64,000 nt of DNA from a virus (IMGVR_UViG_3300021408_000001:1-64000); one strand, 5' to 3'; positions 19,934-30,742 are shown, counted from the first letter of the stretch. Notes: generated from the sequence alone by a model not told the origin. Numbers and translations are program-made.

Positions 19934-21172
19934 TCATGCGCTATCGCCCTCCAGGAATACGAACGGCTCTTCCATATCTAGATCTATAATTTTATCCCCC
20001 TCCTTGGATATAGTTGTTGCCTTAGTCACAATACGATATCGATTGAATGTTTTTATACCATGATCATCAATGCGTAAATTAGCGGTATCCCCCAAGTCAA
20101 ACTCTAGATACTCATCGTCAGGATTCTGCATCGTGACATGAGCTGTATGATAAGGAACCTTGTGTCGATTCCAACGCTTTGTCGCGTGGGATAGCAAGGT
20201 AGAAGTACTACTTACATCGGTGTAAGATAGTACTTCATAGTAGCGAGGTCTTCCAGCCGTATAAGCTCCGATAGCGCTAGACGTAGAGTCCTTACGAGCT
20301 ACCTTGGATGCCGAGCCTTCACCTTCCCCAATAGAGATAATGCTGTTGGCTGGTTTATTCTCCCCACCAAAGTCATACGCCATAAGAATTGTTTCTTCCG
20401 GCGATGCGTCCCACTCAAAAATAATTGGTCTGTCAATGGACGACGAATTATTTATGCCTGCGGTAGGTGTATGCAGGTGGAATGAAAATCTCGGAGCATT
20501 GTTATCTAACCCGAAGTGCGTATGCCAGAAGAATCCATTCTCCCGGTCGGCAAGTTGCTCACAAGCAACGCCGACCATTTTGTATTCAAAGTTGAACCAG
20601 GTATCATCTCTAAGTACGCCAGACAGAGAGTCATACTCTACAGTAGGATGTATGTTAGATAGCTGATCCCGCTTAGCAATATGATTGATCAAGTCCTCAA
20701 AGATTCTGAACTGATCAACTTGCTGGAATACAACTGCTGACTTATGCGGATGGCCACCAAAGGCAATCCCGTACTCCCATTGCGCGTTAGGTGGATTCAG
20801 CACGGGCCCAGAAGGGCCACCAACCGTTGTTTGTATAGGCTGAGTACGATAGTACTCCATGAATCCGTGCAACGGAATGTTCAATACACGAGAGTCAGCT
20901 CTAGGCTGTGTGGCGCCTATTATTCCGCCCCAAAGAACATGATCCCCTTCTAAGCACCACAGGGCATTTCCCCAAGAGAGAAAGTTTTCCGTCGTAGTTG
21001 TTGGTGACTCAATACGCGCTGTTGCAGATCCGCCACCAGGACGATTAAGCACCTCAGTAAAGTTCATAGAGCTGAGGTCGACTTCTGCTATTACACTTCC
21101 GCTCAATAAATTAGTTACAAGAAATGTAAATGATCCAGAAGTACTGTTCTCGCTATGACCTTCACTCGCCAT
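19934..21172 (-). CDS. minor tail protein (Gp37-like / baseplate hub)
   Basis: size, position, LNRPGGGS, LWGG and GDTANL motifs typical of actinophage minor tail proteins. Confidence 0.7.
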   Translation of the reverse strand: MASEGHSENSTSGSFTFLVTNLLSGSVIAEVDLSSMNFTEVLNRPGGGSATARIESPTTTTENFLSWGNALWCLEGDHVLWGGIIGATQPRADSRVLNIPLHGFMEYYRTQPIQTTVGGPSGPVLNPPNAQWEYGIAFGGHPHKSAVVFQQVDQFRIFEDLINHIAKRDQLSNIHPTVEYDSLSGVLRDDTWFNFEYKMVGVACEQLADRENGFFWHTHFGLDNNAPRFSFHLHTPTAGINNSSSIDRPIIFEWDASPEETILMAYDFGGENKPANSIISIGEGEGSASKVARKDSTSSAIGAYTAGRPRYYEVLSYTDVSSTSTLLSHATKRWNRHKVPYHTAHVTMQNPDDEYLEFDLGDTANLRIDDHGIKTFNRYRIVTKATTISKEGDKIIDLDMEEPFVFLEGDSA

Positions 21173-21525
21173 TAGACGATTACCATAGCCCAGAAAGTAA
21201 CTACTCCAACGAACGACTGTACATTGCCGCCCAGAGTATCCAGAACTCTCGCTCTCGCTGTAGTTTCAGTTAGGTTATCCGTATAGCTAACCCAGATGTC
21301 TGTTGGTGTAGGAGTAATTACAGAATAAAAAATGGCTTGAGGAACTACTTGGGCATCATGATTAAATGTAATGAACCCACCAGCGTCTGTGCTACCACTT
21401 ACCGTAATTGCGTATTTGCTGCTCTTAGATCTAACAAGCCTAGCTAGAGTTTCATCAACTTGGCTTTTCCATAGAGCAAATTGTGCTTCGGCAGTAGTAG
21501 GTATAGGAGCATCTGAATAACTCAT
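21172..21525 (-). CDS. minor tail protein
   Basis: position in tail operon, coupled stop/start. Confidence 0.55.
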   Translation of the reverse strand: MSYSDAPIPTTAEAQFALWKSQVDETLARLVRSKSSKYAITVSGSTDAGGFITFNHDAQVVPQAIFYSVITPTPTDIWVSYTDNLTETTARARVLDTLGGNVQSFVGVVTFWAMVIV

Positions 21526-22607
21526 GATCCGGTCTCATAAATAGCCATACCTTGGAATTGGTCCGAGGCACCCCATGTGAATGGGATACCGCCACCGGCA
21601 CTACCCCAGCCAATGTTGCTAGCGTCTGATGCCCATCGTGCGATTCTGGTTTCTCCAGAAATATGAATGCCAACACCTCCGTAACGAATGTTAGTATTAT
21701 TGGCCCATGCAAAAGATACAGCGGCTGTTGATGATGTGTCTATTGCAACGGCAGCAGGGGGAACCCATTCGAGCAGGCCAGGAACGGAGAATCCACTTGT
21801 GCCCAGTACGAATCCAAACGAAGTTATTGCTATACGCCCGAGCTTAACATATTGACCAGTAGTGCTTCCACCAGAACCAATCGTTAGAGATGTAAAGGTC
21901 GGTGCGAAACTACTCCATGGTCCACTGTTAGATATTGGATGCCAGCTAATAGCAGCCGGAGTTCCTTCGTTTACAACTAGTCTCTTAGTATCAGTCTCAA
22001 AGAGAAGCTGACCAGAGCGTGCAACAGAAGGCCTTGTAGAAGACGTACAGACGATGCATCCACCGACAGCAGTTGCATATCCTTGAGAAGGGGTTATTGT
22101 CGGTGATGTACGTACATCTGTTATTTCAGCATTGGTGATAGTGTTATCGTTAGCTGGCACGGCTATGTTAGCCAGGCGCCAAAAGTTGACATGTCCAAGG
22201 CCCACGAGATCTGGGGCCACAGGGGAGGCAGCTGCGGTACCGGCTACGTATACGAACTGTGCATCATTGTCAACGCCGGTATAAAAGGCGTCACGTACCC
22301 TGACCATTATCGAGTCTATACGAGGCAGAGATCCATGAGCAGCTGTACTCATAACCAGGTTAACTGTGCCGTCGTTAACGACGTGATAATAGCCTTGGCT
22401 ACCTGCGGATGTTCCAGGTACAATTATCGCACCCGTACCAATATCAATGGAGTTGTTAGCCCCTGCGCTTCTTTGCACAACCTGCATGGCGTTGGCTTGC
22501 ACCACGCCTGGACGCTCGTTAACAATGTCTCTAGTGTAAAGTCGAGCTACATCAGCAGACTGATCGGTTGTATCATTCTGCATGAACAATGGCTGTTTAA
22601 GAGTCAC
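21522..22607 (-). CDS. tail fibre/receptor-binding paralog 3
   Basis: N-terminus QPLFMQNDTTDQSA, LPRIDS..VRVRD shared with two upstream genes. Confidence 0.7.
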   Translation of the reverse strand: MTLKQPLFMQNDTTDQSADVARLYTRDIVNERPGVVQANAMQVVQRSAGANNSIDIGTGAIIVPGTSAGSQGYYHVVNDGTVNLVMSTAAHGSLPRIDSIMVRVRDAFYTGVDNDAQFVYVAGTAAASPVAPDLVGLGHVNFWRLANIAVPANDNTITNAEITDVRTSPTITPSQGYATAVGGCIVCTSSTRPSVARSGQLLFETDTKRLVVNEGTPAAISWHPISNSGPWSSFAPTFTSLTIGSGGSTTGQYVKLGRIAITSFGFVLGTSGFSVPGLLEWVPPAAVAIDTSSTAAVSFAWANNTNIRYGGVGIHISGETRIARWASDASNIGWGSAGGGIPFTWGASDQFQGMAIYETGS

Positions 22608-23740
22608 TCTGCGGCCTCGTAACAGAAGAACATTTCAATACTGTCGTTCTTTTGAAATCCTGTGCCAGCTCCCCAGTCGAAGGGATGAGTAGCATCCCAC
22701 AGGGGTATCGCGGTGGATGCGAAGTCTGTTAGGTTCAAGTCATTCTGAGCAACTACAGCAGTACCAGCCCAGTAAACTCCAGCAAGGAGAGCAGTGCTGT
22801 CGAAGGCCCTTCCACCACCTACATAGACCATGCCAGCTATCCCCGGATTGGCGGCCTTAAATGGAACCCTGCATCTAACTCTTCCAGTTAGATTGCCTGT
22901 TCCAGATTCACTAAACTTGAATCCAGCAGTACCAAATACGATTCTTCCGACCTTTACATATCTGCCATACGTAGATATCTTGGTACCGGAAATCGGGAAG
23001 CTTGAAGAATAGTTCTTCCACTTGAACATTCCCGAGGTACCATAGGTAACCCAGTTCGCCGAACCTATACCTTCATTGATTACAAGCTGCTTAGTGTCCT
23101 CTTCCCATATAACCTGACCAAGGCGAGGACTCGACGGCCTGCTAGTAGACGTGCACAGAGATATGCCACCTACTAGAGATACTTGATTCTGGTTAGCTAT
23201 GGTACTAGATATTCTGAGATCAGTTATGTTAGACGAAGTTGTTGGGGTAGTAGGAGATCCAGCCGGCACCGAAACATTAGCCAGCCTGTAGTAGTTTTCA
23301 TATCCTAGCGCATCTATATCGGGGGCAGCAGGTGTACCGGACGTAGGTACACCAGCAACCCACACCACCTGCGCGTCGTTATAGATCTCACCATCTGGGC
23401 CTTGTCCAGATGAAAATACCGAATCTCTAACTCTAACTATGACAGTATCTAGTCTGCTGAGGTTTGTAGTTGGAGGTTGCGGACGGGAGACATTGAGATC
23501 TTTATCATTTATGATATGATAAAAACCCTGGTTGGCACCCTCCGTACCAGCTACTAATAGTGCACCAGACTTGACGTCCACTGATGCATCGGCACCGACA
23601 GATCTTTGCCGAACTTGGAAAGCCGTCTCGGAAAATATTCCAGCCCTGCCGTTAACTAGGCTGCTAAATAGCTGACGAAAGATTTCGGCGGATTGATCAG
23701 TTGTATCATTATGCTGAAAAAGAGGTTGTCTAACTACCAT
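22604..23740 (-). CDS. tail fibre/receptor-binding paralog 2
   Basis: QPLFQHNDTTDQSA N-terminus, CTSTSRP linker, PFDWG C-terminus. Confidence 0.7.
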   Translation of the reverse strand: MVVRQPLFQHNDTTDQSAEIFRQLFSSLVNGRAGIFSETAFQVRQRSVGADASVDVKSGALLVAGTEGANQGFYHIINDKDLNVSRPQPPTTNLSRLDTVIVRVRDSVFSSGQGPDGEIYNDAQVVWVAGVPTSGTPAAPDIDALGYENYYRLANVSVPAGSPTTPTTSSNITDLRISSTIANQNQVSLVGGISLCTSTSRPSSPRLGQVIWEEDTKQLVINEGIGSANWVTYGTSGMFKWKNYSSSFPISGTKISTYGRYVKVGRIVFGTAGFKFSESGTGNLTGRVRCRVPFKAANPGIAGMVYVGGGRAFDSTALLAGVYWAGTAVVAQNDLNLTDFASTAIPLWDATHPFDWGAGTGFQKNDSIEMFFCYEAAE

Positions 23741-24814
23741 CTATACGCTCGTTTCATAAGCGAATAGAACGTTAAAGACGTCTCCCGGCGCCCAGTCAAA
23801 TGGCGTCAATGAACTCCACCCAATTGTACCGGCGGTGGCAAAGTTAAACATTAATGTGGTGCTAAACGATGGTGATAGCCCACCGGTAGCCGAGTAGTAA
23901 ATACTGGCAGAGGAGTCGAATCCCCTACCTACACTAACGAATCCTATATTGGGTCCACCCAAGGTACTGGCAGGCTTGGCGGACGGCACGGTAATGTTGA
24001 TGCTACCTGTGACGTTGCCACCAGCACCAAGGGTGAACCCACAAACCCCTACTACTAGGGAACCCATGTTGAAGTATCTACCGTATAGGGTATTACTTCC
24101 TCCGGATATTCCACCTACAGTAGGTGTGTAGTTAATCCACGCGCCAGAACCAGGGACTCCGTACACCGTCCATATTGGCGTTGTAGAAGTACCCTCGTTG
24201 ATCAAGAATTGGCGAGTGTTAGATTCCCAGATTGCCTGGCCCTTACGAGGGTTGGCAGGCCGTGTAGTGGAGGTGCATGGAATCAACCCCCCAATACCTA
24301 CAGCTCGGCCCTGTGGTGAGACAGTTCGGAGATCTGTAATATCTGCCGTAACAATCGTGTTATCCGCGGCTGGGACCGAAATGTTGGCCAGACGATACAC
24401 GTTGTTATCTGTGATGGTAGGCGCCACAGGAGATACGGCTGCCGTACCAGCTAGATAAATTACGGCACTATCATTATCTACGCCGGAATAGAAGGAGTCT
24501 CTAATCCTAACATAGACTGAATCTATTCTTGGTAGGGTTGCATGCGCAGCCGTGCTCATAGGCACGTTAACGATGGCGTCGTTAACTACGTAGTAGTATC
24601 CCTGCACACTAGATTGCGAGCCGGGAACAATCAGTCCACCTACCTGGACATCTACAGAGTTGTTCGCTCCTGCGCCACGCTGAGTGGCTTGGAACGCTGT
24701 CTCCTGAATGATCCCATAACGCTCATTGAAGATATCGCGAAGAAGCAGCCGAACTATGTCGGCTGACTGATCGGTCGTATCATTCTGTTGCCATAGTGGT
24801 TGTCTAACTACCAT
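23741..24814 (-). CDS. tail fibre/receptor-binding paralog 1
   Basis: QPLWQQNDTTDQSA N-terminus, CTSTTRP linker, PFDWAPGD C-terminus. Confidence 0.7.
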   Translation of the reverse strand: MVVRQPLWQQNDTTDQSADIVRLLLRDIFNERYGIIQETAFQATQRGAGANNSVDVQVGGLIVPGSQSSVQGYYYVVNDAIVNVPMSTAAHATLPRIDSVYVRIRDSFYSGVDNDSAVIYLAGTAAVSPVAPTITDNNVYRLANISVPAADNTIVTADITDLRTVSPQGRAVGIGGLIPCTSTTRPANPRKGQAIWESNTRQFLINEGTSTTPIWTVYGVPGSGAWINYTPTVGGISGGSNTLYGRYFNMGSLVVGVCGFTLGAGGNVTGSINITVPSAKPASTLGGPNIGFVSVGRGFDSSASIYYSATGGLSPSFSTTLMFNFATAGTIGWSSLTPFDWAPGDVFNVLFAYETSV

Positions 24815-25716
24815 CAATATCCCCAGGTAGCATTGGACCAGGTAAACGTGCAGGTGCTGTTTGTAGGCGGAGAGTCATCAGATGTATATGCAATAGTTAT
24901 AGCATTTGGCTGTGGCGGAATAGTAAACCACTTAGAACTGGCAGCTAGGAATGCCCTACGTGATTGCCCTCCAAGGAGAACAGATCTATCTCTAGAGTTA
25001 AGCAACAGAGTTTCACCTACTGCTAGGGTGAGTCCACTAAACTCCAGTGAGAATACATCACCTTCAGTTGCTGTAATAGCTTCGATTCTAGGATTTGTAA
25101 CTGGACCAGTAATCGAAGCGATCCATGGGGCAGGGGCATCACCGCTATTTGTTAGCTGAATTATACTAGTAGTACCTGCACCAAAGTCAAGAGGAAAATC
25201 GAGAGGGAAGTCAAGTCCACCACCAGGCGAAGGCAGGGTGGCTACTTCCGTGTTCGTTTCAAGATCATAATGCCTAGGATCAGAACATTCAAATCTAGCC
25301 GTCACATGTGGATATTTTAGGTTAGCCCAGCGAATATCAAACGGTATTACCAAGTCGATTGGACGGCAGTTAACGAACCGCTTAATGTTGGGGGGTACCT
25401 GATAGACGAACTGAATCTCCTCATCAGGACTACTTCTGGGCTGGAATGCTAGAGCCAAGGCGGCCCTAAGATTCGAGTAATTAAGAGGATCTTCGCTACC
25501 CTTGATATTCATCTCAACAGTGAATGTTCTAGATGGCACATAGTGCCTGCCTCTTACTCCACCGTGCATACCAAAAGCATCCACAGTTGATGATCTTACG
25601 TTTGGGTACCCCAAGAACCCAGACAGCTCTTCTACGTCAAAGCTCGTATCGCATCCAAATAGAAATTCGTTATATTCGAACTGATAATCAGCAACTATCA
25701 ATTCACCAGACATCAT
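24814..25716 (-). CDS. distal tail protein (Dit)
   Basis: follows tape measure; F.C.DP, DFPLDFPLDFG, NSGDAPAP...ITGPVTNP motifs. Confidence 0.8.
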   Translation of the reverse strand: MMSGELIVADYQFEYNEFLFGCDTSFDVEELSGFLGYPNVRSSTVDAFGMHGGVRGRHYVPSRTFTVEMNIKGSEDPLNYSNLRAALALAFQPRSSPDEEIQFVYQVPPNIKRFVNCRPIDLVIPFDIRWANLKYPHVTARFECSDPRHYDLETNTEVATLPSPGGGLDFPLDFPLDFGAGTTSIIQLTNSGDAPAPWIASITGPVTNPRIEAITATEGDVFSLEFSGLTLAVGETLLLNSRDRSVLLGGQSRRAFLAASSKWFTIPPQPNAITIAYTSDDSPPTNSTCTFTWSNATWGY

Positions 25717-28700
25717 ACACCTGACGTAGCAGTTCGTGACCAGAAATCAAGGTCTGCTGTTGATCTCTGCATGTCACTGCCGAAGGTTACATCTCCATGG
25801 AAGTTAAACGTCGCTCCTCGACCAGGGCTTGCTTGGGTGCCCTGTCCGTTTCTAATAGCATCAGCGAACTTCTTAGGAACGACCATCTCACCTCTGTGCA
25901 GGTAAGCAAGCTCGTTCTGTGCAATCTCCCAAGCACCCTTCTCATACCAGTGTGGTGATCTAGCGTTCCACGCACCCCAGGCAGCGGCAGGGTTACCATA
26001 TCGATCAGCAATGTAGTTCATACCCCATTGCATCTGATTAGCAGCCATAGTCCATGGATCGCCAGACAAAGCTGCTGCACCCATCTTGCTAGCTGGCAGA
26101 GATTGAGGAATACCAAAGGCACCACTGGAGGGATTCTTAGCGTGTGGATTCCACCCAGACTCTGCTTGCCACAGGGCCAACAAGGACGACCACTGCAAGC
26201 CGGTCCAGCCGCGAGCCTCGGCCATCTGTCGACCTAGCTCTTTATAAGTACCAAAGAATGCGCCAAGATCACCAGTCTGGTTACCAAGGCCGCCAATTAT
26301 GTCTCCTAGACTACCAGTAGTAGCACTGATGATCTTGCCGACAATCTCGGGGCCTAGACCCATAAGGAAGTCCATAGTACTTCCAATACCAAGACCTAGA
26401 CCCTTAAAGATACCGTGGGCAATATCCTTACCAGCCTGAATAGACCATGCAGGAGGAGATGCGATACCTAGAGCATCAAGAATTTTTCCAGGAACATCAG
26501 AGAACCAATCCTTGATATCTGTCCATACATCTTTGATGCCGCTCCATAGACCATTCAGGACGTTTTTACCACCGTCCTTTAGCCAGTCTATAGCATTACT
26601 AAATGAGTTTTTGAAGGTCTTCTGGATTCCGGTGTCGCCGTGAATCCAGTCCACAATCAGATTCCAGACAGCCTTAACGCCATCCCAGGCGCCTTGGATT
26701 ACCCATTTCCCTGCTTGGTATAGCCAGGTTATAGCGCCATCGAAGAAGTCAATGAACATCGAGGCGATGGTGCCACCCCACTCTAGGACAACATCAAACC
26801 CTTCCAAGGCGGCATCATAAAGACCTTGAATTATGTCTTTACCTGATTGATACAGCCATGTTATAGCACCAGTGAAGAAATCAACGAACACTTGAGCAAT
26901 GGTTCCACCCCAGCTCAAGATAGTCTCAAAGCCCTCCAAAGCTGCATTGTAAAGACCTTCAATAATCCACTTACCTGACTGATATAGCCAAGTGAGGGCA
27001 CCCGTAAAGAAATCTACAATAGATGGATGAATGCTGTCTAAGAAATCAAGGACAGTATCCCAGCCAACCTGTAGTCCCTCCCACATACCACTAACAATTG
27101 ACTTACCAATTTCGATCAGCCACACTGCGGCATCAGTGAACAAATCTACTATTTGTGGTCCTATGGCTTTAAAGAACTCAAATAGTAAAGAAAGAGTTTT
27201 ACTAGCACCATCAATCAAGCCCATTATTATGTCCACGCCGAGATCTACGAGAACATCGGCCGCATCACTCAAGAACTCGACTATGGCAACAGGCAAGTCA
27301 AAGAATAGTGACTTAAACTTATCAAACAGGCCTTTGGCTACGCCGAGCAAACCTTCCCAGGCGGCCTTGAATATGTTCTTAACATTTTCCCAGGCTTCTC
27401 CAAAGTCACCCTGGATTAGGTTCATGATCAGCTGGAGTGTATTGGATACTATTTTGATACCAGCTTTAACGATAGCTGCTACAATATCCCAGGTACTCTT
27501 GATTGGTTTCCACAGGAATTCACCAAAGTGCTTCCAAATTAAAAGTATTATATCAATGCCGGCACCTATAACACTGCCGACTATTTTTATTCCGGTCTTT
27601 ACTACAGTAAGGATAATATCCCAAGTAACCTGGAATACCTGCCAAAGAATACCTAGAAGATCACCTATGACAGCGAAAGATTCACCAATTGTTGTTGAAA
27701 CAACTTTGAATATGGGGATTAGCATTGCTCTAATCAGCCCAACAATTAATTTTATCTTAGCTACGAATTGATTAGCTAGCTCATCTAGAATAGGCTTTAC
27801 TATGTCCCACAAATACTGGAAACCCTGCCATGCAAAGTTCAAGAATTCTCTTAGCTCTTGAACAAGAGCACCAATCTCGGTAACCAATGTATTCCAGATA
27901 TCCACCATCTGGTTACCGAACTTATCCATGAACCAATCGAACGCATTTTGCAACCAACTCCATACTGGCCGCAAAACAGCTAGTATAGCATTAGCCGCAG
28001 TAGACGTAGCGCTCTGTATAGCTTCCCAAGCCGACGTGGCAGCTTTTTGAATTGTGCCCCAAACGTCTATATCAAGATTAGTGAGCCAATCCCAGAAATC
28101 CTTGAACATCTGCCATGCAACATCTACTGCATCAACTATTGCACTCCATACAGTGATCGTTACATCTTTAATTGTACTCCAGTTTTTGTATATTGCCATC
28201 CCCAAACCAACTACAGACGCCACTAGAGCAAGTAGAGGAGAGATAGCAGCTAGCAAGACTCCAGCAATAACGGAGCCTACTACTCTGAATATACCAGATA
28301 GATTATTGAACCATTCCCAGACGCCCTTTGCAGCATCTACAAGTTTGCCCGCCCACTCAACTACAGTGCTCCAGTTCTTGATAACTGCTACAACTGCGGC
28401 AGCTACCAACAACCAGGGGGCTTGTAGGGCTACAATAACTCCGATAAGTACCTTGCCCGCCATGTGGAGGTTATTGAACCATTCCCACACACCCTTAGCG
28501 GCATCAACAAGGGTATCGAAGTTCCTAACAGCCGCAACTACACCGGCTGCAACAAGGAACATTGGATTAGCAAGACCTACAACAACACCAACAAGAATCT
28601 TGCCTGCTAGGCTTAGATTATTGAACCACTCCCAAAGACCCTTTACCTTCTCCACCATTGTATTAAATGCTTCTACAACGGTTTCTCTAACGTTACCAGC

Positions 28701-30092
28701 AACCTCTTTAACAGTATCCCAGTTCTTTATAAGAGCAACCGTGATAGCTATTATTGCGCCAATTACTAGAGGTACACCAGTAAGTATTGCAAAGGCAGTT
28801 CCAACACCACCAACAACGCCAGCGAGCATCATAAACCCGCCGACGAGTGTTAGGACAATACCGCCTATAGTTAAGAAAGTAGCAGCCCCAGCAGCAATCT
28901 TGACAGTCAGTCCCTTGGTGGATTCGCTGAGGTTGTTCCACCAATCAACAAGATCCATTGCAGCTTCCATAAGCTTGACTTTGGCAGGGAGAAGCTTCTC
29001 GCCTATCTCAACCCGCAATAGCTCATACTTATTGGAAAGCAACTGAGCCTGCATAGCAGGCTCATTAAACATGGTCATGTAGGCTTGACCAAGTGCGCCA
29101 CCCGAAGACGCCGTGATATCAGTTAGATTGATCAGGCTTTCGAAGTTCGGTATAGCAACATCGAAGAATCGCCTAGCCTGAATAGTACCAACACCAAAGA
29201 TTTCCTGGAACAATTCCTTACGCTTGGCATCGCCTAGCTCGGACCATCCCTTGCTGCCAGCGAGATCTTTAAGAATATCGTCCATCTGCTTGAAGTCGCC
29301 TTGTGCATTAACAACTTCAACGCCGATTTCTCGCAGAGCCTTAACAACGTCAGGCTTGGTGAACAGCTCCATGGCACGAGCGGCTGAGGTGGCCGCCATT
29401 TGCGTGGAGAGGCCTCCACGGGTAAGGAAGGCCATGACGCCGGCCAAGGTGTCGAACTCCTGGCTCGCGGATACAGCGGCAGGAATAGCTCGACCAATAG
29501 CACTGTTGAATTCTTCGTACGTACCAACACCCTTACGGACCATCTCAAACATGATGTCCATAACGTTGTTGGCTTCACTGAACGGCATCTGATAAGCGTT
29601 CATCACCGCAATGGTGGAGCGAGCAGCAGTACGAATATCTGTCTGGCCAGCTACAGCACCCTGGGAGAACAGTTCAAGAAGTTTCTCAGCGTCCTTGACC
29701 CCAATATCCAAGGACGAGAAAATGTCGTAGAGAGCATCCTGTATCTCATTAAAAGGCACAGGGATCTTGTCGGCAACCCTAAGGCCGATATCTGCAATAT
29801 CTTCAACACTGACGCCTAGCTCATCTACCTGAGTTTTGGTATAAGCTGCTTGTCTACTGTACTCAATAAAAGAGTCAATAGACTTGTTGAAGAAAGATAT
29901 ACCAACAGCACCAACACCAGCCATACCAACACCGACAGCTGTAAGAGCTGCACCAGTGCCGAACATCTGGTTGGATGCCGCACTCGCCTGCTTGCCCAAT
30001 AACCCAAAGTTATTACCTACCTCCTTAAGAACGCGCGAAGTCACGTCGCGAGCACGTACCGCAACTAGGACTTCGCGCGCTCCCAAAGGCAT
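25713..30092 (-). CDS. tape measure protein with C-terminal lytic transglycosylase domain
   Basis: 1459 aa, Ala/Gly-rich with aromatic periodicity; LWQAESGWNPHAKNPSSGAFGIPQSLP...YIADRYG. Confidence 0.93.
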   Translation of the reverse strand: MPLGAREVLVAVRARDVTSRVLKEVGNNFGLLGKQASAASNQMFGTGAALTAVGVGMAGVGAVGISFFNKSIDSFIEYSRQAAYTKTQVDELGVSVEDIADIGLRVADKIPVPFNEIQDALYDIFSSLDIGVKDAEKLLELFSQGAVAGQTDIRTAARSTIAVMNAYQMPFSEANNVMDIMFEMVRKGVGTYEEFNSAIGRAIPAAVSASQEFDTLAGVMAFLTRGGLSTQMAATSAARAMELFTKPDVVKALREIGVEVVNAQGDFKQMDDILKDLAGSKGWSELGDAKRKELFQEIFGVGTIQARRFFDVAIPNFESLINLTDITASSGGALGQAYMTMFNEPAMQAQLLSNKYELLRVEIGEKLLPAKVKLMEAAMDLVDWWNNLSESTKGLTVKIAAGAATFLTIGGIVLTLVGGFMMLAGVVGGVGTAFAILTGVPLVIGAIIAITVALIKNWDTVKEVAGNVRETVVEAFNTMVEKVKGLWEWFNNLSLAGKILVGVVVGLANPMFLVAAGVVAAVRNFDTLVDAAKGVWEWFNNLHMAGKVLIGVIVALQAPWLLVAAAVVAVIKNWSTVVEWAGKLVDAAKGVWEWFNNLSGIFRVVGSVIAGVLLAAISPLLALVASVVGLGMAIYKNWSTIKDVTITVWSAIVDAVDVAWQMFKDFWDWLTNLDIDVWGTIQKAATSAWEAIQSATSTAANAILAVLRPVWSWLQNAFDWFMDKFGNQMVDIWNTLVTEIGALVQELREFLNFAWQGFQYLWDIVKPILDELANQFVAKIKLIVGLIRAMLIPIFKVVSTTIGESFAVIGDLLGILWQVFQVTWDIILTVVKTGIKIVGSVIGAGIDIILLIWKHFGEFLWKPIKSTWDIVAAIVKAGIKIVSNTLQLIMNLIQGDFGEAWENVKNIFKAAWEGLLGVAKGLFDKFKSLFFDLPVAIVEFLSDAADVLVDLGVDIIMGLIDGASKTLSLLFEFFKAIGPQIVDLFTDAAVWLIEIGKSIVSGMWEGLQVGWDTVLDFLDSIHPSIVDFFTGALTWLYQSGKWIIEGLYNAALEGFETILSWGGTIAQVFVDFFTGAITWLYQSGKDIIQGLYDAALEGFDVVLEWGGTIASMFIDFFDGAITWLYQAGKWVIQGAWDGVKAVWNLIVDWIHGDTGIQKTFKNSFSNAIDWLKDGGKNVLNGLWSGIKDVWTDIKDWFSDVPGKILDALGIASPPAWSIQAGKDIAHGIFKGLGLGIGSTMDFLMGLGPEIVGKIISATTGSLGDIIGGLGNQTGDLGAFFGTYKELGRQMAEARGWTGLQWSSLLALWQAESGWNPHAKNPSSGAFGIPQSLPASKMGAAALSGDPWTMAANQMQWGMNYIADRYGNPAAAWGAWNARSPHWYEKGAWEIAQNELAYLHRGEMVVPKKFADAIRNGQGTQASPGRGATFNFHGDVTFGSDMQRSTADLDFWSRTATSGV

Positions 30093-30095
30093 TCT

Positions 30096-30359
30096 CTACC
30101 TCCGACCAACCATAGGGCCACCAGTAAAGCTAGGTACGTTGCCTCTGCCAGAATTCTTTTTTTCTAGCTCGGCATATGCCTGGGAGATAGCTTGGAGGCC
30201 ATAAATAATGTAAGAGTCCTGATCGAGAATTCCACCCGGGCCAGGTAATGCACCGTAATCGTGACACATACGGTGCAGCATAATGAAGAAGTTTACTTCC
30301 TCATCATTACTGCTATAATTGAATACGATGATTCCATTGGCCCGGTCCGTTAGTTTCCC
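30096..30359 (-). CDS. tail assembly chaperone, -1 frameshift extension (gpGT-like)
   Basis: the -1 frame after GGGAAAC is open into ...MLHRMCHDYGALPGPGGILDQD. Confidence 0.75.
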   Translation of the reverse strand, partial: GKLTDRANGIIVFNYSSNDEEVNFFIMLHRMCHDYGALPGPGGILDQDSYIIYGLQAISQAYAELEKKNSGRGNVPSFTGGPMVGRR

Positions 30360-30742
30360 GGCTCAGTTTCCTCAAAATTATTCATATCCTGAATGTACTG
30401 ACTGATTTCATCGCCAATACGAGGATCTAGAAAGTCGAGGGTAGCTGGGTTAGAAAAGTTTAGTGGCTCATCATTGTCACCAGTGAGATTGTGACTAACA
30501 ATGCAGTGAGCGAACTCATAGTCTGCAACCTTACGTTGCAGCATCTTGATGTCCATCTCAGTAGCCTGGCCCTGGGTTGGTCGGCCCCGCTTGTCAGTTT
30601 CTGTCTTAATAACCTGTTGTGTAGCAAGCTCGATACGCTCTAGCTTCTGCCCATACGTCATGCGCTTAAGAGTAATTTTGCCTTCTGGCAGAGACTTAAG
30701 CTCAAACGTCTTCTCAGAATTGCCAACTGTTGCCTTGGGCAT
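30350..30742 (-). CDS. tail assembly chaperone (gpG-like)
   Basis: start MPKATV with GGGAG RBS; ends G GGA AAC TAA. Confidence 0.8.
   Translation of the reverse strand: MPKATVGNSEKTFELKSLPEGKITLKRMTYGQKLERIELATQQVIKTETDKRGRPTQGQATEMDIKMLQRKVADYEFAHCIVSHNLTGDNDEPLNFSNPATLDFLDPRIGDEISQYIQDMNNFEETEPGN
30353..30359 (-). promoter_or_regulatory. programmed -1 frameshift slippery heptamer GGGAAAC
   Basis: X XXY YYZ heptamer just before the stop; -1 frame open. Confidence 0.8.

Noticed and set aside
21522-24814. Diversity-generating retroelement or invertase shuffling of fibre genes
   Set aside because: No reverse transcriptase, recombinase, template/variable repeat pair or inverted cassettes seen in the window
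27031-29046. Long + strand ORFs antisense to the tape measure gene (also 42594-43214)
   Set aside because: Shadow ORFs caused by codon bias of the repetitive - strand proteins
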